A DNA stretch of 64,000 bases. Origin: Scyliorhinus canicula (Eukaryota). The translations under genes were made by a program, and so were the position numbers. Numbering within the stretch: position 1 is the stretch's first letter; each line of letters opens with the position of its first letter. Shown here piece after piece: positions 37,767 to 49,120 of this stretch. The notes under the pieces were generated by a model. It searched no databases. It was not told the origin of the DNA and saw nothing but the letters and a program-made list of their open reading frames with translations. The stretch spans positions 95,776,493 through 95,840,492 of the forward strand of contig NC_052160.1 of assembly GCF_902713615.1 (NCBI RefSeq). Direction: 5' to 3'.

Positions 37767-38504
37767 GCACTGACAAATTAATGAACATTCTGGAAGAACG
37801 TATGAAGAGGGATGGTGATTCTTAATTCTCTGGCCGAATCCAAGGAACCAAGGGTAAGTGTGTTGAATGGGACAGGAAGGGGATTGGCAAGATTAACCTC
37901 GACAGGGTGTGGGGGGCAGGAAGATCAGCAAAAGCGAACAATGGAATTGTTGGGTTTGCTACTCATAAGTAGGCAGCAACAGATGCCTTGATAAACTCTT
38001 CAGAAATTTCTGAGATATGAAGAGGATAGTTGTGGCTAGTACAAGGGGTACATATTCATAGAAAATAGAGTGCAGAAGGAGGCCATTCGGCCCATCAAGT
38101 CTGCACCGACCCACTTAAGCCCTTACTTCCACCCTATCCCCGTAACCCCAATAACCCCTCCTAGCCTTTTTTGGTCACTAAGGGCAATTTATCATGGCCA
38201 ATCCACCTAACCTGCGCGTCTTTAGACTGTGGGAGGAAACCGGAGCAAACCCATGCAGACATGGGGAGAACGTGCAGACTCCACACAGACAGTGACCCAG
38301 CAGGGAATTGAACCTGGGATCCTGGCGCTGTGAAGCCACAGTGCTATCCACTTGTGCTACCGTGCTGCCCAGAATCTGGAAAAATAGGAGGAGGCAGAGA
38401 AGCTGTGATGGTTTGGAACAGAGTTTGAAGGGTAAGTCCCAGAGATATGAGAAACAAAAGGGGACATGACAAAGGAGGATACTCAGAGTGTGAAACTGCT
38501 GAAC

Positions 38505-38788
38505 ATACTATTACTGTGGGTTACACGATGTTAGATTAACTAAAGACCTGTGCCTGTCCTAACCAGTCTAATCACTCAGCACATGGTGAGGATCTGTGCT
38601 GTAAGCTGTAAGCTCTGTACTTCTGAAAGGCTGCATCCCGAATGAGCGGGAAAACTGATGCCCTCTGTCTTTATAGTGAGTGTGCTCTAACTGGTGATTG
38701 GCTGTGGTGTTATGCATGTTGATTGGTCCTAGTGTATGTCCATCAGTGTGTGTGTCTGCACCATGATATGCTGGTGTATATTATGACA
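38505..38788 (-). mobile_element. Truncated solo LTR of the same family as 37369-37766, inverted
   Basis: Minus strand starts tgtcataatatacacc and shares internal blocks with that LTR. Confidence 0.7.
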
Positions 38789-39929
38789 CTTGCTGTTTGA
38801 GAGGCAGTGTATTGGAGAATTTTGTTTCAATTACTTTATACAGAGGAAAGTGAATGTATGAAATGGACTGGGCTGCCCAATGGAGGCATTTTGCATTAGC
38901 AAAATTCAAGCAAGTATCCACAATTATAAGTAGTTGCAAAATCTGATGTTCCTTCGAAACTGAAATTGAACAGATAACCAGCAATGACATTTCCTGGCAC
39001 TCAACATGTATGTGCTCTCCAGTTGAACAGAAATACCAAATTCTAAGGAAATCAATGAATTAAAGTACAAAAGTTTCTAATTTGGAAGGAATACATTATA
39101 GTCCAAATAAGTGTGACTGGGAACCAATCTATACAACTGAAACTCGTTCTTTCCCCAAGTGTCCTGTATTCTCTGCATGTTTTATCTTCATACCAACTTG
39201 TTCCTCATTAACATATATTGAATGTTTACCCTCACCTACACATCAATAGGGTAAAAGAGCAATATCAAATTAGTCATCCATTGTACATTTCTCTATTCCT
39301 ACTGACATCACTGCTGGAGATAAAAATAGGGAAAAATATGTATGATCATTTTATTAACTTTAAAAGCAACACCTTTGCTTTAGGTGCTAATATATGTTAT
39401 GAATTCTCTGAAGGATAATAGGTACCTAATTCGTAGGCTCCAACACCTGCTAATCAAACATAGGAAATTATTTAACCAATGTCAAGTACCAAGGCATAAA
39501 AGGTTTGACTGATAAATGTATTTGATCTGCAATGGCTGAAACATCAATGGGAGTCTGTTGAAGAAGTTGTTCAAAATACACATTGTCTTATGGATTAACA
39601 AGTCCTGGGCAAAGAACTGGAGAGTGAACACTCGCCCTTAGTTGAACCTTCAGGCAGTCCGTTATTAAAGTTTTTTGGTTGGGAATATACACACAGCTGA
39701 CTTTTTGATATCTTGTAATCGGCTCAATTTAGTTTCTGGAATAAACATTTGGATTGATTAAGAAATTATACTACACGTATACAGATTATATTGTCAAAAT
39801 TCAATAAAATATGGTTTAATCCACAAATTCTACAGCAAGCCATACAACAAGTTACTCAAAAATGTGCAGTTTCTACATTTATGTTTTGAAAAACATGGAC
39901 AGACAATATTAAATAAAGGGTACAATTCT

Positions 39930-40270
39930 ACAGGGGTTGGAGGAGAAGAGAGACCTGCGCGTATATGTGCATAAATCATTGAAGGTGCCACAGGTTAAGA
40001 AAGTTGTTAGTAAAACATACAGTATCCTAAGCTATATTAATTGGGGCACCGAGTACAAGAGCAAGGAGTATATGTTAAATTTGTGTAAGACGTGGCCTCA
40101 ACTGGAGTATTGTGTCCAGTTCTGGGCAGCAAGCTTTGGGAAAGGTGTGAAGGCATTTGACAGAGTGCAGAAAGGATTCACAAGAATGGTTCCAGGTGGG
40201 GGAATTTGAGTTAAGAAGATAGATTGGAGAAATAGGGACTGTTTACTCTGGAGAAGAGAAGGCTGAGAGA
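39930..40270 (+). mobile_element. CR1 LINE fragment
   Basis: PQLEYCVQFWA...ERVQKGFTRMVPG-like translation. Confidence 0.8.
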
Positions 40271-40689
40271 ATGTTTGATAGGAGCAGGATGAGGCCATTG
40301 AGCTCCACCATTTATATGATCAAGGCTGGTGGTCTCAGTGCCTTTTTGCCACAGTATCACCATATCTCTTTACATCATTGGTAGTTAGTGGCGGCACGGT
40401 AGCACAGTGGTTAGTACTGTTGCTTCACAACACCAGGATCCCAGGTTCAATTCCCGCTTTGGTCACTGTACGGAGTCTGCACGTTCTCCCTGTGTCTGTG
40501 TGGGTTTCCTCCGGGTGCTCCAGTTTCTCTCACAAGTCCTGAAAGATGTGCTTGTTAGGTGATTGGACATTCTGAATTCTCCCTCGGTGTACCCTAACAG
40601 GCGCCAGAACGTGGCGACTAAGGGATTTTCACAGTACCTTTATTGCAGTGTGAATGTAAGCCTACTTGTGACAATAATAAAGAGTATTA

Positions 40690-41620
40690 TTTAGAAATCT
40701 ATCAATCTCTACCTTAAACATACTCAGTGACTGAGCTCCCATTGCCTTTTTTTGGGGTAGAGAATTCCTAAGATTCACAACCTCCTGTGCAAAGAAAATT
40801 CTCATCTTGGTCTGAGGTTCCATCCCCCTTATTTTGATATTATGTCCCCTGGTTCTAGACTCCTCAACCAGGGGAAACATCTTACCTGCATCTATCCTGT
40901 CTATTCCTTTAAGTATTTGGTAGGTGTCAAAGAGATCACCTCTCATTCTTCAAAATTCTCGAGAATACAGGCCCAGTTTCCCCAATCTCTCTTCTTAGGG
41001 AAGTCCTGCCATCCCCGGAACAAGTCTGATGAACCTTTATTGTACTCTCTCTATGACAATAATATCCATCCTACTATAAGGGGCCTAAACTGCACACAAT
41101 ACTTCAGGTGCAGCCTAACTAAAGTTCTATACAACTGAAGCAAAACTTTGTTACTCCTGTAATCAAACCCTCTTGCAATAAATGCCAAAGTTCAATTAAT
41201 CTTCCTAATGGCTTGCTGCACCTGCATGTTAACCTTCAGTGACTTGTTGATGAGGATACCCAAGTCCTTTTGAACATCTACAACTTCTAATCTCTTACCA
41301 TTTAAGAAATACTCTGCAGATCTGCTCCCCTACCAAAGTGGATTAACCTCACATTTTCCCACGTTATATTCCATCTGCCATGTTCCTGCCCACTCACTAA
41401 GTCTGTCCAAATCCCCCTGTAGTCGCTTTACATCTTCCTCACAACACACATTCCCACCTTGCTTTCTATCACCCGTGAACTTTGAAATATTACATTTGGT
41501 CCCCACATCCAAATCATTGATCTATATTGTGAACAGTTGGGGCCTGAGTGTTGTTCCCTGCAGCTTGCCAAAGCGAGAGTGGCCCGTTTATTTCTACCCT
41601 CTGTTTTCAGTCTCTTAACC
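40690..41620 (-). mobile_element. CR1 LINE RT/3' fragment
   Basis: LQGDLDRLSEWAGTWQMEYNVGKC and RGDLFDTYQILKGIDRIDAGKMFPL. Confidence 0.85.
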
Positions 41621-42638
41621 AATCCCCTGATGTAATGCTTTAGTTTTTCTTAACAACCTTCTGAAAATCCAAGCATACGACGTCCACTGACTCCCCTTTG
41701 TCAATTCTGGTAGTTGTTGTTGTTTCTATTCCCTCACCTAATGGCGCACAAGGCAGACTTCCACAGTTCCTATAGCGAGGGTTTTTTGGGAATAGGTCAC
41801 CAGCCTGTTCCACCACTGTGGCTTCTGGCTTGAGGGGTACCATTCTGCATCAAGCATGGCTGACCAAGTCTCTCCCACTCTTACTGCCAGCCATGGCATG
41901 TTAGAAGGATTTTGCAGGTAGATACGCAGCTGCAATTTGTACGCATCCAATAAACCCCTTAATGGAGAATGGAATTTGATACACCACTGATCTTACTCAC
42001 TTCTGGAAGTTTGTAGATATGTAGAGAAAATACATGCTTCATGATATTATAATTAAGTAGCTGTGCACAAATTGTAATTGGATAACTATACATTATGTAG
42101 TCTTAATTATCAACTGTGAATGGCTAATTTCTAAACAAATGTACACTTTTGATTGGTATGTGCAAATTACTTGTAAAATAAGCTAAAGACATAATTGCTG
42201 TTGATTTCTTTGTGCAGGGAACTTGTGCGCCATGTGTTGACAGACAAGATCATAGAATCATAGAATTTACAGTGCAGAAGGAGGCCATTCGGCCCTTCGA
42301 GTCTGCACCGGCTCCCGGAAAGAGCACCCTACCCAAGGTCAACACCTCCACCCTATCCCCATAACCCAGTAAACCCACCCCACACTAAGGGCAATTTTGG
42401 ACCCTAAGGGCAATTTATCCTGGCCAATCCACCTAACCTGCACATCTTTGGACTGTGGGAGGAAACCGGAGCACCCGGAGGAAACCCACGCACACACGGG
42501 GCGGATGTGCAGACTCCGTACAGACAGTGACCCAAGCCGGAATAGAACCTGGGACCCTGGAGCTGTGAAGCAATTGTGCTAACCACTATGCTACCATGCT
42601 GCCCTAAGATCCCTTGCTATAACTTGAATAAAGATCTT

Positions 42639-43195
42639 GGTCAGGATTCTCCAAAATCCCGGACATGTGTTGACGCCGGCATCAAAACCGGCGCGAGCGA
42701 TGCCGGCGTCAACGGGCCTCCAGGCCCAGTCATTCTCCCCCTCCTCAGGGACTAGCATGGCACCGAAAGCCGGCCCTACATGGCCCAGCGCGGGTCCACG
42801 CATGTGCGCCACGGCCGTCTCCGCCCCCCCCCCCCCTCCCCCCCCGGGGCAACATGGTGGAGCCCTACAGCAGCCCAGCGTGGAGGAACATAGGCGCCAC
42901 CCGGAATGAGCGTGCCCACCGATCGGTTGCCCCCGTTCGCGGGACTGGCCACCGTGGAGGCCCCCCACCCCCAACCAGGATGGCTCCCGCAGCCAGAACA
43001 CCGAGGTCCCGCCGGGTAGGACCATACGCGAACAACGCTGGCAGGACTCTGAGGAACTCAGCGGGCACTCGGCCCATCGAGCACGGAGAATCGCCGCAGG
43101 AGCCGCTTTCAATGGCCCCTGGCCCGAGCGACCAGAGAATCAGTTGCCCGGCGACAGAGTGGTGTGGCGGGGAGCGGGCTTGGAGATTCCCGCCC
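42639..43195. mobile_element. Non-autonomous Harbinger-type element
   Basis: Ends ggtcaggattctcc / ggagattcccgccc. GC-rich interior. Confidence 0.55.
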
Positions 43196-45132
43196 ATAAA
43201 CGTGAACTCTGTCATCAGGTCGCTTGAGCCGAATAGCTGTGAAACTCTGTTGAAGAAGCTTTTAAAAAAGTAATTCATTCATAAAACTTTCTTTCACTAC
43301 AGCCAATAAAATACTGATCACCCAGACTCATAGAGTCAAAGAATTTACAGTGCAGAAGGAGGCCATTCAGCCCATCGAGTCTGCACCGGCCCTTGGAAAG
43401 AGCACCCTACCCAAGGCTACACCTCTACCCGATCCCCGTAACCCCACCTAACCTTCTTTGGATACTAAGGGCAATTCAGCATAGCCAATCCACCTAACTT
43501 GCACATCTTTGGACTGTGGGAGGAAACTGGAGCAAACCCACGCAGACACGGAGAGAACGCACAGACGGGGACCCAAGCCAGGAATCGAACCTGGGACCCT
43601 GGAGCTGTGAAACAATTGTGCTAACCATTGTGCTATTGACTCTTTAAAGGTCAATAGCAGAAACTGCAAGGATTTGAAACCTCTAGTATGAATAAACATT
43701 GTGAAATTGACAGAAAAGATCAGAGTGCCAGAGCTGAAAATCCAGCAAGTTTCAGTACTCCAATGGATTTCTGGGCTCTCAGTCAGGCCTCATTCTGCCT
43801 TCCTGGCTGAGAGTCCAGTCATCTAATAGAGTACTGAAACACCTGAACCCCAGGGAAAAGACTGCCGAATGACATCTTTTAAATAGCCTGCAGTGGCACC
43901 CAGCAACTCCTGTGGCTGCCTCTGACTTCTTTCCCAGATCCCAAATTGCAGCACACACGCTCCCCCACCCCCATCAACAATGAAAATCATGTCTTTCCTG
44001 GCACTGTTTCCTGAGGCAGCCAGGATCACCTCTCGGGGAGGCATGGTAGCACAGTGGTTAGCACTGTTGCTTCACAGCACCAGGGTCCCAGGAAAAGCGG
44101 CATACAGTATGTAAAACAGTGTATCAGCGTCCCCTATTTTACCGTTTGAATCACTCATACTGTGTTGAATCATTCTGAATCAGATGTATCGAGCCGAAAC
44201 AATATAAAGAACTGCATGGTGGCTTTGTTCGGGGAGAGCTGCTTGGACCGAGCTGCTGTTAAGATGGCTAAGTTTTAGCACTTCCTCATGCATGTTGCAT
44301 TACAAGACGTTTTGTTAAAGTTCCTTATGGTCTGAAGAACTCAACTCATTTAACTCCACTAACAAGATGAATGAACTTCATTGAGTAGGATAAACTTTCT
44401 CTGTCCCAGACTTTACTTATAATTCAAAATGGAGGCAAAATTTAATGAATTAGGAGGCAAAGTTTTGCGAGTTTAGTGTAATCTGAACTGCATCTGGGTA
44501 CTGACGCACTTTCACAGGCTTCAATAATGAACACAAAAGGTATTTATTGATAAGCATTGTAAACTAGCTGCATGGCTAGCCCCCAAAATGTCTCTTCGCT
44601 AAGAGGACTCCACCCCTTGGGGTGATTCCCTATTTTGAGTCTGCATTGTTTACCCAGACCATGAGACCTTTACTCTGCTGTGTTGCCTTAAAGGGACAAT
44701 CACCACAGCATCCTACCCTGTTCTGTTTCCATAGCAACTGCCAGTAGTTAAGAACCTAACGGCAGCCTGTAGCACAAAATACTTTCTTTAAATTTAAAAC
44801 TTTCACAGCAGTCTAATTGTTTGAAAGTAAAATATTGTTTTCTCATAATATGTATTAAATTGCAGTAACTTTCAAGAGAGAGTATTTACCTCAACAGAGA
44901 ATGTATTCTCCTAGCTCCCTCCCATACAAGCACTCATATCCTGCCTCAAGGTGGCGCACAAGATGAAGTGTCAGGTTGCTGTTCTCAATATAGCTCTAAA
45001 AGCTTCTGAGCGCTGTTACAAACTTACAATAGCCCCTGCAAAATACGCACAGTGTCACCAGGGATTTTCAGCATGGGAGAAAAAAAAATCACACCTAAGT
45101 CTGAACACTTCGATGTACACGGAAGTTCCTCG

Positions 45133-45305
45133 TAATCACGAATGTGAGAGGTGAGTATTATCTGAGTGGTCATTGGACCATCGACTTCAGCAGGGCTCTG
45201 TACATTGCCAACACTGTCATTCACTGTGAAAGGGGATCGGAGGGTGACCTGGCCTCAGAGGTCCTTCACGGTCGAGGGCCAACCTCTGAACCCTTGATAC
45301 TGAAG
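45133..45305 (+). pseudogene. PAPLN: Isolated papilin (ADAMTS-spacer domain) exon with degenerate splice sites
   Basis: ITNVRGEYYLSGHWTIDFSRALYIANTVIHCERGSEGDLASEVLHGRGPTSEPLILK closely resembles human papilin as recalled (KNVRGEYYLNGHWTIEAARALPAASTILHYERGAEGDLAPERLHARGPTSEPLVIE). Flanks are ttcctcg| (CG instead of AG) and |gcgagt (GC instead of GT). No other papilin exon was recognised. Confidence 0.75.
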
Positions 45306-45593
45306 GCGAGTGTCAAGATAGAATTGTTACTAGAAGTAAAAAAGATACAGAACCCATATGGATTAAGTTAAAAATGAGAAGGGCTTGATGACCATAATAA
45401 GGATATATCGTTGACCATCAAATAGTGAGTGGAAATGTTGCAAGTTATATACTAGGCATAGAAATCATGGAAAATTTCAATTAGACCCAGATAAACTGAC
45501 AGGAAGAGGTAGGGAAAGACGGAAAGGGAATTAAGTTTTGATCATCACAAACACAATGGCCCAAATATTCTCCTGGATATTCAGAAGCTTTCC

Positions 45594-45900
45594 ACCAGGG
45601 GACATAGGTTTAAGGTGGGAGGGACAAAGTTTTGAGGAGCTGTGCGAGGGAGGTTTGTTTTTACGCAGAGGGTAGTGGGTGCCTGGAACTCGCTGCTGGA
45701 GGAGGTGGTGGAAGCAGGTACGATAGTGATGTTTAAGGGGCATCTTGACAAATACATGAATAGGATGGGGATAGAGGGATAAGGACACCGCAAGTGTAGA
45801 AGATTTTGGGTTAGATGGGCAGCATGGTCGCTGCAGGCTTGGAGTCCAAAGGGCCTGTTCCTGTGCTATATTTTTCTTTGTTTTGTTCTACAGCATGTTT
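45594..45900 (+). mobile_element. CR1 LINE 3' end
   Basis: Similar to 1750-1949 plus 6542-6640. Confidence 0.85.
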
Positions 45901-47100
45901 CTCATGCAATGCCTTTAATCCATCACCAGAAATAAATCTCACTCCCACGCAGAGGTAAACCTGAAAGCACTGATATTGTACCCTAGTATTCGACAACTCA
46001 AAATACACTCAAGTCTGATCAGAAAAATCAATAATAATAACAGCTTATTGTCACAAGTAGGCTTCAATGACGTTACTGTGAAAAGCCCCTAGTCGCCACA
46101 TTTCGGCGCCTGTTCGGGATGGCTGGTACGAGAATTGAATCCGCGCTGCTGCCTTGTTCTGCATTACAAGCCAGCTGTTTAGCCCACTGTGCTAAACCAG
46201 CCCCAATAATTGTGTCACTGCGTTTTTTAAATATAGAAATATAGAACTATTCATAATACATAGAATGTTTTGTCAGTGCACACTTACGGTCCAAATATTT
46301 CTCACATCCTGTTATATTTTTGTGTCACCTTTTGCCCAAGTTAAATTTCTACTTCCATTTTTATAATAGAAACTGTCTATGTAAACCCATCACACCATAA
46401 TTAAACCCTCCAGCCGTGATGGTGCTGTACCACGCTGTACCATCTCAACCTTTCTCAGTTCATCAGTCTGGACTGTAGAGAAATTAATATTCTGTCAAAG
46501 CCCACCCCTACCAGGTTTTGTGATTTAACTATAAACAATAGAAAACCAAGGTATGTAAAATAAAGACATGTATAATTTTTAAATCAGGTATGAACTCAAT
46601 GCACACTACAGCAATGATCCCTCTCCGCCACCTATTTCACCTGAAGGTGGAATTTGATTTCGACTGCAATACCACAAGAAGCTAATAGGTTTCTACAGAA
46701 TATCTTTTAGACTTCCTGGGTAGAGTTTTCCGATTTTTTTATCACAGTGTGTCCTCCGGCGGGAAAAGCAGAGTGCAGCCCATCAGCTGCCTTGCTGGGT
46801 TTTCCTGCCATATTTTTAAGCAATTTGAAAACAAAGTGAAGAGGTGGATCCAAGGGCATCGTGCTGATGGGCCGGGCTCAATCTGTCAGCAATCATGTCT
46901 CCTGACAGATCAGGGCGCCGTTTTCAAAAAGCACCTCAATCTAAAAACGTGAATGCCCCCACAGACACAGACGCCAGAAAACAACATTTCATTTCCTCCC
47001 AACGCTGAGGCTCCGCAACGGAAGCCCCCCCCCCCCCCCCCCAAACACCCCCCTCCCCGGCATTGCCCCCTTCTGGTGCTAATTTCCTGTTCTCATCATT

Positions 47101-47446
47101 TAGAACATAGAACAGTACAGCACAGAACAGGCCCTTCGGCCCTCGATGTTGTGCCGAGCAATGATCACCCTACTCAAACCCACGTATCCACCCTATACCC
47201 GTAACCCAACAACCCCCCCCCCCCTTAACCTTACTTGTTAGGACACTACGGGCAATTTAGCATGGCCAATCCACCTAATCCGCACATCTTTGGACTGTGG
47301 GAGGAAACCGGAGCACCCGGAGGAAACCCACGCACACACGGGGAGGACGTGCAGACTCCGCACAGACAGTGACCCAGCCGGGAACCGAACCTGGGACCCT
47401 GGAGCTGTGAAGCATTTATGCTAACCACCATGCTACCGTGCTGCCC
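47101..47446 (-). mobile_element. HE1-like SINE (young subfamily)
   Basis: Near-identical to 12243-12584. Confidence 0.9.
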
Positions 47447-47474
47447 ATAAAGTAGTGTAATTGTGGCAACGGGG

Positions 47475-47690
47475 GGGTCGGACAGCTGGTGCGTGATGCA
47501 GAATCGGGTCAACAGCGTGGGTTCAATCCCCGTACTGACTGAGGTTATTCATGAAGCCCCACCTTCTCAACTTTGTCCCTCGGCTGAGGTGTGGTGACCT
47601 TCAGGTTAAGCCACCCCCTTAAAGGGAAAGCAGCCTATGGTCACCTGGGAATAGGGGGACTTTGCTTTTACTTTATTTGTGGCATTGGTA
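47475..47690 (+). mobile_element. Ancient SINE, possibly of DeuSINE type
   Basis: tRNA-like ggttcaatcccc followed by ctgaggtgtggtgaccttcaggttaagccacc. Family assignment from memory. Confidence 0.4.
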
Positions 47691-48275
47691 AGGCCTACAA
47701 GTAAATCTACAGTGTGACTAAGCCAAAGGCTCTGTCCCACTATTCTTCTGAATTACAAATGTTGATGCAATGGTACAAAAATCAACCACATGTTGAATAA
47801 CTACCAATTGCGACAACACCACTTTTACTTTTCCTTACCTTTTATAAATCAATAAAAGCAATTAAGTGTGCCCAGAGCGAAGAATGCACTGGATGGGGGG
47901 GGGCAAGAAAGAGAGAAACATCAACAGTATGGCAACCCGGTACCTGGGGCAGCATGGTAGCATAGTGGTCAGCACTATGGCTTCACAGCACCATGGTCCT
48001 AGGTTTGATTCCCGGCTTGGGTCTCTGTCTGTGCGGAGTCTGCATGTTCTCCCCGTGTTTGCGTGAGTTTCCTCCGGGTGCTCTGGTTTCCTGCCACAAG
48101 CCCAGAAAGACATGCTATGAGGTAATTTGGACATTCTGAACTCTCCGTCTGTGTACCCAAACAGGCACCGGAATGTGGCGACTAAGGGGTTTTCAGTAAC
48201 TTCCTTGCAGTGTTAATGTGATAATAAAGATTTCTAAAAAAAACCCAAATTTGGGGAAATATCGGAATGCCTCAC

Positions 48276-48814
48276 CTTTCTAGGCATGATGTAGAATTTC
48301 ATTTAGTTTTTCTTCATAAAGTGTGCTGCTGTCGTGAAGGTCCTCCCAAGCTGCGAAAGCTTCCCCCTCATTGTCGACGTAAGTGTTCCAGCAGTAGTTA
48401 TACTCTGGAGCCTTCATGATCCTCAATCGACAGCCGGCCAAATGCATCTGCCGCAGGCCCTGCTGGACCTCAGCCTCTTCCCACATGAACAGGCGGGCTA
48501 TGAAGATGGTGAGTTGGACGTTGGGGCACTTGCTCAGGTACTCAGCGATTTTGGAAGCACATGCTGCGCAAGGACTGGAGGACACGTACCAAATGATGGT
48601 GTAGCTCAGGCTGCCGTCACACTCCTGGAAGACATCTGTGAAGAAGGCATTTTCTGCGTGTGTGCCTGAATGCTCATCCTCCACGTATCCCTCCGACCTC
48701 TCACAATCCACCCCCTCTTTCTCCACCGAATAGCACAAGAAGGTTTTATGCCGTCCGGAAGAGTATTCTACGTTTTTGAACTGGAATTTGAAAAAAGGGG
48801 ATGGCATGCGTTGT
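48276..48814 (-). CDS. APOBEC2: APOBEC2 exon 2, cytidine deaminase domain (stop at 48282-48280)
   Basis: Acceptor ttctttcttttccag|A CAA CGC ATG. Translation FFKFQFKNVEYSSGRHKTFLCY...EDEHSGTHAENAFF...WYVSSSPCAAC...RLFMWEE...YEEKLNEIL matches the APOBEC2 signature (HxE, PCxxC). Donor AAG|GTGAG lies 4 nt after TAG. Confidence 0.97.
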
Positions 48815-49120
48815 CTGGAAAAGAAAGAAGCAGATGTTATTGGACGCAGCAAGAAAATAAAGTCAGAAACACCATTGCATTTGTAAATAAACTACCTTCA
48901 CCATATTAAAAAGTCGCAAGGCACATCATTAGGGAAGTTAGCATAAAGAAATTGACACTGAGTCACAGAAGGAGATATTAGGGCAGGTGATCAAAATCTT
49001 GGTCAGAGGTAGGTTTAAGGAGCATTTTAAAAGAAGAAAGAGGCAGAGAGATTTAAGGAGAGAATTCCACAGTTTAGGATTTGGTCAGCTGAAGGCATGG
49101 CTGCCAGTGATAGAGGGGCA

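Noticed and set aside
39510-39600. Possible OARD1 last exon (DLQW...VEEV), expected from human synteny
   Set aside because: Weak similarity, no acceptor site, and no other OARD1 exons found. The LAHC...KFG match at about 33780 also contains a stop.
44183-44280. Possible mariner helix-turn-helix remnant (NCMVALFGESCLDRAAV)
   Set aside because: Too short and diverged to support without a profile search.
46200-46530. Candidate APOBEC2 3'-UTR exon (acceptor ttttctattgtttatag at about 46529)
   Set aside because: Plausible acceptor, but no clear poly(A) signal and several equally good alternatives.
48815-48852. N-terminal extension of the APOBEC2 ORF-track call (MLRPITSASFFSR)
   Set aside because: This is the intron's polypyrimidine tract and acceptor. 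The true N-terminus is exon 1 at 61045.
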